Shown here piece after piece: positions 24,748-33,325 of a stretch of DNA of 35,542 bases (its first letter is position 1; each line of letters opens with the position of its first letter). Source of the DNA: a virus (lineage: Duplodnaviria > Caudoviricetes); IMG/VR virus record IMGVR_UViG_3300033076_000558, positions 1-35,542 of that record; one strand, written 5' to 3'. The notes under the pieces were generated by a model that was not told where the DNA came from, did no database searches, and worked only from the letters and a program-made list of their open reading frames with translations. The position numbers and the translations under genes were made by a program.

Positions 24748-24785
24748 CCCGAGTGGGTGGGGGAGCCCACTCCCTCGGGTTTTTT
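24748..24785 (+). terminator. Rho-independent terminator after capsid gene
   Basis: CCCGAG..GGTGGG-GGAG-CCCACT..CTCGGG followed by TTTTTT. Confidence 0.8.
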
Positions 24786-24799
24786 GAAGGAGAAATGAA

Positions 24800-24985
24800 A
24801 TGGCAGCAACTTTCAGCGGCGCAGTTTCCGCAAATGCTCCCGCGGTTGTAGACACCGCAGCGTCTCAAGACACCGGCGCAGTCTGTGAAGGCATTGGCCT
24901 GACGGGCGTTGACGGTGCAAGCATCGGCGGCTCCCGCATCGGCGGTTCCCCCGGTACCGATCTGAAGATCGACACCAACGCCTAA
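24800..24985 (+). CDS. 61-aa G/A-rich protein, possible capsid decoration
   Basis: AAGGAG RBS; directly after the capsid gene. Confidence 0.7.
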   Translation: MAATFSGAVSANAPAVVDTAASQDTGAVCEGIGLTGVDGASIGGSRIGGSPGTDLKIDTNA

Positions 24986-25015
24986 TAGGCGACACAACAC
25001 AAAAAGGAAAAAACC

Positions 25016-25627
25016 ATGCAACCCACGACACCGACCATTTTTGAAGAACCAAGTGACTTCGCCAAGCCTGACGAGACGCGCTTCAGCGCGGACGGCAAGC
25101 TGTACGTCGAGTTCTATCGCAAGCCTGTCCTGCAACCCGGCAAGAGCCGTGATGCTGGCCGCGCCATCTACGAGGAAGTCGACTACATCCGCATTCACGT
25201 ACCTGGCGACAAAGCCTCTGTGATCGACCGCCCGCTGAGCCAGCAGGACGTGTTCCGATTCCAGGATCGGTACAACAAGTGGAAAGCGGGCCAGGCAGAG
25301 GCCGTGAGTGGTACGCCGTTGTCGGCGCTGCCAGGCATGACCCCTTCCAAGGTCGAGGAATACAAGTTCTTCAAACTGGTCACCGTGGAGCAGTTGGCTG
25401 AAGCAAACGACAACCTTGGCGCAAAGTTCATGTCCTTCCAGCAGGACAAACAGCGCGCCAAGGCGTTCATCGAGGTGGCGAAGAACAACGCCCCCATCGA
25501 GAAGATGAACGAAGAGTTGCAGAAGCGTGACGCAGAGATCGAGAACCTCAAAACGATGGTCGAGGCTCTGCAAGCATCACAAGCAAGCAAGCGCAAGGTT
25601 GCCGCTACGGCAGAGGTAGCCGAGTAA
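25016..25627 (+). CDS. Phage protein with HhH-like motif and C-terminal coiled coil
   Basis: AAGGA RBS; GTPLSALPGM...VTVEQLA. Confidence 0.8.
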   Translation: MQPTTPTIFEEPSDFAKPDETRFSADGKLYVEFYRKPVLQPGKSRDAGRAIYEEVDYIRIHVPGDKASVIDRPLSQQDVFRFQDRYNKWKAGQAEAVSGTPLSALPGMTPSKVEEYKFFKLVTVEQLAEANDNLGAKFMSFQQDKQRAKAFIEVAKNNAPIEKMNEELQKRDAEIENLKTMVEALQASQASKRKVAATAEVAE

Positions 25628-25643
25628 GTTAGAGGGCACGGGA

Positions 25644-26402
25644 ATGGCTTATCAAATCATCGCTGAGAACTCGCTTTCGGCCATCGTCCAAAACGTGGCT
25701 GCGATGGTGAGTTATCCCGTGCCCGCTGACCCTGCGGGTTCCACAGATCCAGCGGTCATCCAGATGGTTCAGGCCGTCAACATGGCCGGCGTCGAGCTGC
25801 TGTCCATGTACGAGTGGCAGGAGCTCGTCAAGCGCACATCGCTGCCGATCGAGGCAAGCCCCGATGGCGTTCGCGAGCAGTCCTTCGAGCTGCCCGAAGA
25901 TTTCTACGACTGGGTCGACCAGACCAACTGGAATGCGACCACCCAGTTTCCCTCCCTGGGGCCTGTTTCGCCCCAGATGTGGCAGCAGCTGCTGATTCGC
26001 ACCACGCTGCCCACGCTGTCCTTCTACTGGCAAGTGCGCGGCAGCCTGCTGTACGTGCTTGCCCCTCCATCGTCCGAGCAGACGATGAGCTTCTTCTACT
26101 TGTCGGCTGGTTGGGTGCGTGACGCAGACAACCCCGACCTGTTCAAGAACCGCATGACCAAGAACGGTGACACGGCGCTGCTTGATGCACCCATGCTCAC
26201 CTACTACGCACGCGTCAAATGGCTCGAGATGAAGGGCCTGGACTCCAGCGCAGCGGCTCGCGATTTCCATGTGATGTACGAGAACCGCAAGGCCGCCAGG
26301 ACTGGCGCCGCGGTGCTGTCCATGGCTCGCGACTTCCGTATCCCGTACATCCAGCCTCTGACCAACACGCCTGACACCGGCTACGGTGGTGGAGTCAGCT
26401 GA
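25644..26402 (+). CDS. Head-tail adaptor (tail tubular A-like)
   Basis: W.EL...F.LP.DF motif, size and position. Confidence 0.65.
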   Translation: MAYQIIAENSLSAIVQNVAAMVSYPVPADPAGSTDPAVIQMVQAVNMAGVELLSMYEWQELVKRTSLPIEASPDGVREQSFELPEDFYDWVDQTNWNATTQFPSLGPVSPQMWQQLLIRTTLPTLSFYWQVRGSLLYVLAPPSSEQTMSFFYLSAGWVRDADNPDLFKNRMTKNGDTALLDAPMLTYYARVKWLEMKGLDSSAAARDFHVMYENRKAARTGAAVLSMARDFRIPYIQPLTNTPDTGYGGGVS

Positions 26403-28006
26403 TGCCGCTGATCCCACTCAAAAATCACAAGGCGCCCGCAAGAAGCGCGGCCGCTCAAGTTTCTCAGCTTGCCAACACGCCGCCACCGACTGGCGGCTTG
26501 AATTTGCGCGACCCCATCAGCGACATGTCTCCGCTGGACGCGCTGGTGATGGACAACTTCATCCCGCGCCAGCAGGGCGTGGAGCTGCGCAAGGGCTGGC
26601 GCGTGTTTGTGGATGCCGAGGAAGGCATCACGCAGTACAAGTCGACCTTCGCGTTCAATGCCGCAAACCCTGGCGACTCCAAGCTGTTTGGCGCGTCTGA
26701 CGGCAACATCTACGACCTCACTGACGGCACGCCTGTTTTGTCTCAGTCGGCCACCGGCAGCACGTCTGACCTGTGGTGGACGGTGCAGTTCTCCACCACC
26801 TCTGGTGTGTACCTGCTGGCCGTGTCTCCTGACGCCGGCTACTGGACGTTTGACGGCACGACATGGACAGACCGAACAGCGGCCTGCACTGGCTTGCCCA
26901 CAAACGTGCGCACCGTGGCCGTGTGGAAGCAGCGCATCTGGTTCACCTGCGAGGACGACGCTGACGTCTATTACCTGCAGGACGTGAACGCGATCCAGGG
27001 CACCGCAGTGGCTCTGCCGATGGGATCTGTGCTGCGCAACGGCGGCTACATCTCCGCGCTGGTCAACTGGACGATCGACTCCGGGTTTTCGGTTGACGAC
27101 TTCCTGGTCGCGATCGGCACCGAAGGCGACATTGGCGTGTGGCAGGGCACTGACCCGTCCAGCGCTGCCGACTTTGGCCTCAAGGGTATTTGGTACATCG
27201 GCCCCGTGCCGCGCTACGGCGTCTACTTCACCCCGTTCGGTGGTGACGTGATGATCTTGAGCGTGCAGGGCCTGATCCCGCTGTCCAAGCTGATCTCTGG
27301 CCAGTACAACGAGGCGATCCTGAACAACCTGCCCGCGTCTAAGGTGCAGCCTGTTCTTGGCCCGCTGATCGCTCAGCTGCAGGACAGCGAGTCCTGGAAC
27401 GTGACGCTGGTGCCAAAGGAAAGCATTCTGCTGATCCAGATCCCGCAGAACGTCTACGGCGTCTATCAGCAGTACGTGATGAACACCATCACCGGCGCCT
27501 GGGCGACCTTCTCCAACATGAACATGGTCAGCTGCACGCTGCTCGGCGGCCAGCTGTACTTTGGGGACGACCAGGGCCGCGTCTGCAAGGGCCTGTTTGG
27601 CGACTATGACGGCGCCGACACAGCCGGCCTCAACGGCACCGCTGTGCAGGCTGATGTGCAGTGCGCGTTCAACTCGTTTGGCACGCCGGCGCAGCTCAAG
27701 AAGTTCCAGATGGTTCGCCCGATCTTCTTATCGCCAACAGCACCCAGCGTGCTGCTGCAGCTCAACACACAGTACTCAGTCAGCAACGTGTCAGGCTCTC
27801 CAAACTTCCCGGACTACGGCGAAGGGGTCTGGGACGACAGCAACTGGAGCCAGGCGTATTTCGCCGGCGGCATCAACACCTACCAGGCGTGGGTGGGGGT
27901 GTTTGGCCTTGGGTACTACGGTTCGGTGCGCATGAAGGTGCGCGGCCTGCCGGGCACCGTTTTCACATCCATGCACGTCATGACAGAGTTGGGCGGGATC
28001 ATGTAA
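26402..28006 (+). CDS. Tail nozzle / packaged-DNA stabilisation protein (P22 gp10-like beta-propeller)
   Basis: 534 aa beta-rich; P.GGLN...N.IP....V..R.G N-terminus; TGATG coupling. Confidence 0.7.
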   Translation: MPLIPLKNHKAPARSAAAQVSQLANTPPPTGGLNLRDPISDMSPLDALVMDNFIPRQQGVELRKGWRVFVDAEEGITQYKSTFAFNAANPGDSKLFGASDGNIYDLTDGTPVLSQSATGSTSDLWWTVQFSTTSGVYLLAVSPDAGYWTFDGTTWTDRTAACTGLPTNVRTVAVWKQRIWFTCEDDADVYYLQDVNAIQGTAVALPMGSVLRNGGYISALVNWTIDSGFSVDDFLVAIGTEGDIGVWQGTDPSSAADFGLKGIWYIGPVPRYGVYFTPFGGDVMILSVQGLIPLSKLISGQYNEAILNNLPASKVQPVLGPLIAQLQDSESWNVTLVPKESILLIQIPQNVYGVYQQYVMNTITGAWATFSNMNMVSCTLLGGQLYFGDDQGRVCKGLFGDYDGADTAGLNGTAVQADVQCAFNSFGTPAQLKKFQMVRPIFLSPTAPSVLLQLNTQYSVSNVSGSPNFPDYGEGVWDDSNWSQAYFAGGINTYQAWVGVFGLGYYGSVRMKVRGLPGTVFTSMHVMTELGGIM

Positions 28007-28446
28007 TGAAGTTGGTCACAGACAAGCCAGGCGAGTACCCAGTTATCTGGGAATGGATGAACCGCAAGACGCGCCTGAACTGGTCAACTGACCTTCGCAC
28101 GATCGCGACGATGCGCGAGGATGGGACAATCGGGGCAGCGGTGGGTTTCAATGCGTGGACGTTCAGCAGCTGCTGGATGCACGTGGCGTTTGACAGCCCG
28201 CATGCAATGAACCGAAGCATCATCCGCGCGGCCTTTCACTACCCGTTCATTTTGTGCGGTATGGAAGCGGTCTACGGCCTGACACCCAAGGGCAACGACG
28301 AAGCGCTGCGGATGAACGAAAAGCTGGGCTTTCGCAAGATTGCGGAGACCATTGATTGTGTGATGTTTGAGATGACGGCAGACGAATGCCGGTGGATCAA
28401 GGAGAAGGAACATGGGCGGCAAGGGATCAGCACCAGCAGCACCTGA
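28006..28446 (+). CDS. GNAT-fold virion assembly protein (T7 gp13-like position)
   Basis: TAATG coupling; N.EALRMNEKLGF GNAT motif; true start 28006. Confidence 0.75.
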   Translation: MKLVTDKPGEYPVIWEWMNRKTRLNWSTDLRTIATMREDGTIGAAVGFNAWTFSSCWMHVAFDSPHAMNRSIIRAAFHYPFILCGMEAVYGLTPKGNDEALRMNEKLGFRKIAETIDCVMFEMTADECRWIKEKEHGRQGISTSST

Positions 28447-29965
28447 TTACGTAGGTGCCGCACAGCAACAGGCTGCGGCCTCGCGTGAACTCACGGATGT
28501 GCAGAACTGGGCCAACCGGCCCACGCAAAACACGCCTTGGGGCAGCACCAGTTGGTCTGCCAAGGCCGCAACCGACCCTGCCACCGGCAAGCCGATCACG
28601 CAGTGGACGCAGAACACAACGCTCGCGCCTGAGCTGCAGAGCGCGCTCAATGACCAGCTGTCCATTCAGTCTGGCAAGAGCGACCTTGCACAGGGCTTCA
28701 TGGGCCGCGTGGCCAACGAATACTCGCAGCCGTTCAACTGGAACGGCCTGCCGCAGGCTGCATCTCTTGGCCAGGCGCCGAGCCTGCAAGCCGGCATCGC
28801 TGATTACAGCCGAGGCCTGCAGGGCGGCGTCGATCCGATGACGCAAGGCCTGCAGACGGGCTTCAACATCCGTGGCCCGCAGCAAGGCATGAGCAGCATG
28901 TCCAACCAAGTGCAGCGTGGCTTGGCCACAGGCGACAACCCTGCACTGCCGCAGTTCGACTCGAGCTACCGCGACCAGGTGGCCGGTCAGCTGATGGAGA
29001 AGATGCAGCCCGTGCACGACTATCAGACGCGCGGCCTCGAGACCAAGCTGGCCAACCAGGGCCTGCGTCCTGGCTCTGAGGCCTATGACCGCGCCATGAA
29101 CCAGCTCGGCCAGCAGCAAGCCGCAGAGCGCTACAACGCACTGGACGCGTCTGGCAGCGAGGCTCAGCGTCTGTACAACATGCAGATGGGCACAGCCCAG
29201 CAGGAGTTCAATCAGGACGTGCAGTCTGGTCAGTTTGCAAACCAAGCTGTCAACCAGGCCTACAACCAGAACCTGGGCGCGTTCAACTTTGGCAACCAGG
29301 CGCAGAACCAGGCCTACAACCAGATGATGGGCTTGGCCGGCCTGAACAACCAGACCACGCAGCAGGCGTTCAACCAGAACCTGCAAGCTGCTCAGTTTGG
29401 CAACCAGGCACTGGGCCAGGCTTCCTCGCTGGACATCGCACGCCAGAACGCCAACAACCAAGCCCTGCAGAGCCAGTTCGGCCTCAACCAGCAGGCCGCA
29501 CAGTTCCAGAACCAGCTGCGTCAGCAAGCGATCGCGGAACAGGCACAGCGCCGCGGCATGTCTCTGAACGAAATGAACGCGCTGCTGTCTGGCCAGCAAG
29601 TGGCCATGCCGCAGATGCCGACCTTCAACGCTGCACAGCGCTCGGAGACTCCGAACATCTTGGGCGCCACGCAGATGGGCTACGACGCACAGCTGGGCGC
29701 GTACAACGCACAGCAAGCTGGCATGAACAACTTGCTGGGAGCTGGCGCACAGCTCGGCTCGGCCGCGTTCATGTTCTCTGACCGCCGTTTGAAGTCCAAC
29801 CTCAAGCGGGTGGGCACGCATGAGATTGGCGTCGGAATTTATGAGTACACAATGATGGGAATGCCGCAACGCGGTGTGATTGCACAAGAGGTGCAGGCAG
29901 TGCGTCCTGACCTCGTCAAGCGCCACGCCAACGGCTTCCTGATGGTCAATTACGGAGGTCTGTGA
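28412..29965 (+). CDS. Q/N-rich internal virion (ejection) protein with C-terminal peptidase S74-like domain
   Basis: MGGKGSAPAAPDY N-terminus; Q/N/A repeats; SDRRLK...GVIAQEV...P..V...VNY. Confidence 0.75.
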   Translation: MGGKGSAPAAPDYVGAAQQQAAASRELTDVQNWANRPTQNTPWGSTSWSAKAATDPATGKPITQWTQNTTLAPELQSALNDQLSIQSGKSDLAQGFMGRVANEYSQPFNWNGLPQAASLGQAPSLQAGIADYSRGLQGGVDPMTQGLQTGFNIRGPQQGMSSMSNQVQRGLATGDNPALPQFDSSYRDQVAGQLMEKMQPVHDYQTRGLETKLANQGLRPGSEAYDRAMNQLGQQQAAERYNALDASGSEAQRLYNMQMGTAQQEFNQDVQSGQFANQAVNQAYNQNLGAFNFGNQAQNQAYNQMMGLAGLNNQTTQQAFNQNLQAAQFGNQALGQASSLDIARQNANNQALQSQFGLNQQAAQFQNQLRQQAIAEQAQRRGMSLNEMNALLSGQQVAMPQMPTFNAAQRSETPNILGATQMGYDAQLGAYNAQQAGMNNLLGAGAQLGSAAFMFSDRRLKSNLKRVGTHEIGVGIYEYTMMGMPQRGVIAQEVQAVRPDLVKRHANGFLMVNYGGL

Positions 29966-30333
29966 TGGATGACAGTTTGATGTTTGATTACCTCGTTCAG
30001 ATGGGCGCAATGAAGCCCGAGCAGGACGAGATGAAGCGCAAGCAGGCCATGGTCGACATGCTGCGCAAGAACGCCATGACGGCCCAAGAGGGCCAGATGA
30101 TTGGCAAGCACTACGTGGCCCCAGGCCTTGCTGGTGCTGTCAGCCAGCTGGGCCAAGCCTATTTGGCAAAGCAAGGCCAGACCGGCGTCGACGCAGGCAT
30201 GGCCGACATGAACGCGCGCCAAAAGGCCATGCTCGAGGCACTGCGCAAAAAGCGCAAGCCTGAGGAAATGATGGGCACCACGGGCGTCTATGACCCCTAC
30301 AGCAACCTGCCCACCTACGGCAACGAGGCCTGA
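29965..30333 (+). CDS. Probable small internal virion protein
   Basis: GGAGG RBS, TGATG coupling, helical composition. Confidence 0.7.
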   Translation: MDDSLMFDYLVQMGAMKPEQDEMKRKQAMVDMLRKNAMTAQEGQMIGKHYVAPGLAGAVSQLGQAYLAKQGQTGVDAGMADMNARQKAMLEALRKKRKPEEMMGTTGVYDPYSNLPTYGNEA

Positions 30334-30335
30334 TC

Positions 30336-31448
30336 ATGATTGATTACAGCGTGTTCACCAACGACGAGGAAATTCCTGAGGAAGGAATTCTCCTGAAAAA
30401 GGCGCGCGCCAAGTCCAAGGGCGGCACGCTGACATCGACCGTGAGTCCTGGGCAGTCTGTACTGCCGACGGCTCGCGCCGCGCTCACGCGTCCGACCGAC
30501 TACCGCCAGCGCGCCGCTGACCTGTTCTCGCAGGGCGAGGACATGTATCAAAAGCACCTTGACCGCAGCGAGGCCGCGGGCGAGAACGCCATGCTCAACG
30601 CACTGGCTGCGCAATACGCAGGCGAGGCGTTTCAGCCTCTGCAGACGCAGCTGCTCAAGAAGGCCTCCGGTGCTGAAGACACACAGGCCAAGCGCGCTGA
30701 GTTTTTGCTGCAGCAGGCCAAGGCCTACGAGACGCTGGCGCAGACCGCCGAGAGCGCTCGCGATCGCCTGGCCGCTCAGCAAGCCCAGAACGAAATCGCA
30801 AACCAGATGCGCCTGATGGGCCTGGGCATTCAGCAAATGAACGCCAACACCGCGCGCCAGTCTGTTGGCCCCGGCGGCAAGGCTCCTGCCGGCTACCAGT
30901 GGACGACCGGCCAGGACGGCTCGCCCGCGCTGACGTTTATCCCCGGCGGCCCTGGTGACCCGAAGGTCAAGGCAGACGGCGGCAAGCCTACAGAGGACAA
31001 CCTGAAGTCTGCCGGCTATGCGTTCCGCATGGACAACGCCCTGCGCCTGATCAAGCAGCTCACAGGAACAGACCCCACCGCGAACACGCCAAGCCTGGTG
31101 CCAACGCTGGCCGGCAAGATCCCTGTGATTGGCGACGCTGCACAAACCATGCTGACAGACTCAAACCGCCAGCGCGTTGAAAACGCCCAGCTGGACGCGC
31201 TTGACGCTGCGTTGACGCTGGCCACCGGCGCTGCGTACACCAAGGAACAGCTCAAGGGCTTGGCCAAGTCCTACTTCCCGCAGTACGGCGAGACCGACCC
31301 GCAGGTGATCGCTGACAAGCGTCAGCGGCTGCAGGAGATCATCCAGACGGCCAAGATCCGCGCCGGCAAAGCCTTCCCTGAAGGTGGCCAGCCCGGAGCC
31401 GGCGGCGTCGACAACAACGACCCGCTGGGCCTGCGCGGAGGCAAGTGA
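30336..31448 (+). CDS. Probable internal virion / DNA ejection protein
   Basis: A/Q-rich helical; P.GY.W...IPGGP.D and TGAA motifs; position. Confidence 0.7.
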   Translation: MIDYSVFTNDEEIPEEGILLKKARAKSKGGTLTSTVSPGQSVLPTARAALTRPTDYRQRAADLFSQGEDMYQKHLDRSEAAGENAMLNALAAQYAGEAFQPLQTQLLKKASGAEDTQAKRAEFLLQQAKAYETLAQTAESARDRLAAQQAQNEIANQMRLMGLGIQQMNANTARQSVGPGGKAPAGYQWTTGQDGSPALTFIPGGPGDPKVKADGGKPTEDNLKSAGYAFRMDNALRLIKQLTGTDPTANTPSLVPTLAGKIPVIGDAAQTMLTDSNRQRVENAQLDALDAALTLATGAAYTKEQLKGLAKSYFPQYGETDPQVIADKRQRLQEIIQTAKIRAGKAFPEGGQPGAGGVDNNDPLGLRGGK

Positions 31449-33313
31449 TGGAGAAGATCAAGCTCTCGTCCATCCGCGAGCAGTTCCCCATGTACGGAGA
31501 CATGGGCGACGACCAGCTGCTGATTGCCTTGCGCAAGAAGTACTACTCGGACATCCCTGCGGCGCAGTTCTACAACCGCATCGACTACGACACCCAGCGC
31601 GAGAAGATGGGCAAGGAGCTCACCGACTCGATGAGCACCACCGACAAGCTGCTGGCCGGTGCCGGCAAGTCGATGATGGACATCTACCGCGGCGGCAAGC
31701 GCCTGGCCAACATGGTTGGCATTGGCGACTATGACCAAGAGGCCGCCAAGGCTGACCAGGAGCTGGACAAGCCCCTGATGGACACGACCGCCGGCAAGGT
31801 GGGCAAGTACGGCACAGACATCGCGCTGACTTTCGTGCCTGGCCTCAAGGGCCAGCAGGTACTGACAGAGGGCGTGAAAACGGCCTCGCGTTTCTTGCCT
31901 CGAGCAGTCAGCGCTGTGACCCGTGCGTCCGCTCCCTACGTTGGAGCGGCTGGATCTGGTGCGGCGATCGGCGCCCTGACGACCCCCGAGGACATGGGCG
32001 AGGGTGCCTCCATGGGCGCTCTTGCTGGTGCCGGTGGTGAGGCCGCGGGCCGCGTTCTGTCGGCCGCCTACAAGGGCGGCAAGGCTGCCGTCGAGCCTTT
32101 GACAGAGGAGGGCCGCAATCGCGTGCTCAAGCGCACGTTTGAGCGCTTTGCCACTGACCCAAACAAGGTGCGGGCGGCCTCGCAAGCCCCTGTTGAGCTG
32201 GTGCCTGGTGTGACGCCTACGCTGGCCGAGGCCTCCCTTGACCCCGGCATTGCCCAGCTGCAACGCGGGGCGGCCGCCGGCTCTCCTGATGTTGCTTCTG
32301 CCTTGGCCGAAGCTCGCGGACGCCAGGTGGCGGGTTACCGCACTGTGTTAGACGACCTTGCTGGCAACGACGGCAAACGCGAGTTCTTTGAGTCGGCGCG
32401 CGACGCAACTGCTGACAGCCTGTACGCCAAAGCGCGTGCTGGTGGCCTGCAGATGGATGACGAATTGCAGGCGCAAGTTGGTGATCTGCTCAAGCGACCA
32501 TCGGTGCAGTCTGCTGTCGAGCAGGCCAAGGTGCTTGCCAAAGAGAAGGGCATCGACATCACCAACCCATCTGGCAGTGCTACTGGCCTGATGTACGTGG
32601 ACGACGCCCTGAGCGATCAAATCGGCTCTGCAGCCCGCGCTGGCAACAACAAGCTGGTCGCTGCCTTGCGCGACACGCAAGACCAGCTGCGCTCGTTCTT
32701 GGATCAAGCCGCGCCGGCTTACGGTGAGGCCCGCAGAACCTACGCAGAGATGTCTCGCCCCATCAACCAGATGGCGATCGGCCAAACCCTGCGTGACAAG
32801 GCACTGCCTGCGCTGACCGATTTGTCTGACGGCTCGCTGTCGCGTGTGAACGCCAACAGCTACGCCAACGCACTGCGCAACGCAGACGCCACGGCAGCAA
32901 AGGCAACAGGCATGCGTGGCGCCAAGATGGGCAGCGTGCTCGACCCTGACCAGCTGCGTGCCGTTGAGGGCATTGGCGAGGACATGGCGCGCTACGCGTC
33001 CGCACAAGAGCTTGGCCGTGTGCCTGGCTCGCCCACTGCGCAGTACCTGGGCGCTCAGAACGTGATCCGTCAGTTCTTAGGGCCTTTGGGCATCCCGCAG
33101 TCTGCTGCCGACTCGATGCTCGGCCGCGTTACTTCAGGGCTGCTCAACTTGCCGTTCAAGATGACGCAAAGCCAAACCGAGCAACTGCTGGCCCGCGCTC
33201 TGACCGAGCCTGGTGTTGCTGCGAAAATTATGTCGACCACAGATCCAAAGACGATCGCAGAGCTGCTGCAGCCGTACGCCGCACAGCTGGCCGTTCAAGG
33301 ACAAATTCAGTAA
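31448..33313 (+). CDS. Probable large internal virion / DNA ejection protein
   Basis: IREQFPMY.D..D.QL N-terminus, G/A-rich membrane-like segment, helical body. Confidence 0.7.
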   Translation: MEKIKLSSIREQFPMYGDMGDDQLLIALRKKYYSDIPAAQFYNRIDYDTQREKMGKELTDSMSTTDKLLAGAGKSMMDIYRGGKRLANMVGIGDYDQEAAKADQELDKPLMDTTAGKVGKYGTDIALTFVPGLKGQQVLTEGVKTASRFLPRAVSAVTRASAPYVGAAGSGAAIGALTTPEDMGEGASMGALAGAGGEAAGRVLSAAYKGGKAAVEPLTEEGRNRVLKRTFERFATDPNKVRAASQAPVELVPGVTPTLAEASLDPGIAQLQRGAAAGSPDVASALAEARGRQVAGYRTVLDDLAGNDGKREFFESARDATADSLYAKARAGGLQMDDELQAQVGDLLKRPSVQSAVEQAKVLAKEKGIDITNPSGSATGLMYVDDALSDQIGSAARAGNNKLVAALRDTQDQLRSFLDQAAPAYGEARRTYAEMSRPINQMAIGQTLRDKALPALTDLSDGSLSRVNANSYANALRNADATAAKATGMRGAKMGSVLDPDQLRAVEGIGEDMARYASAQELGRVPGSPTAQYLGAQNVIRQFLGPLGIPQSAADSMLGRVTSGLLNLPFKMTQSQTEQLLARALTEPGVAAKIMSTTDPKTIAELLQPYAAQLAVQGQIQ

Positions 33314-33325
33314 TCGGAGAGAACC

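Noticed and set aside
23741-25573. 610-aa minus-strand ORF and similar long antisense ORFs (16153-17817, 20407-21777, 28427-30010, 5019-6227)
   Set aside because: Shadow frames of strongly codon-biased genes in GC-rich DNA; no RBS or recognisable motifs
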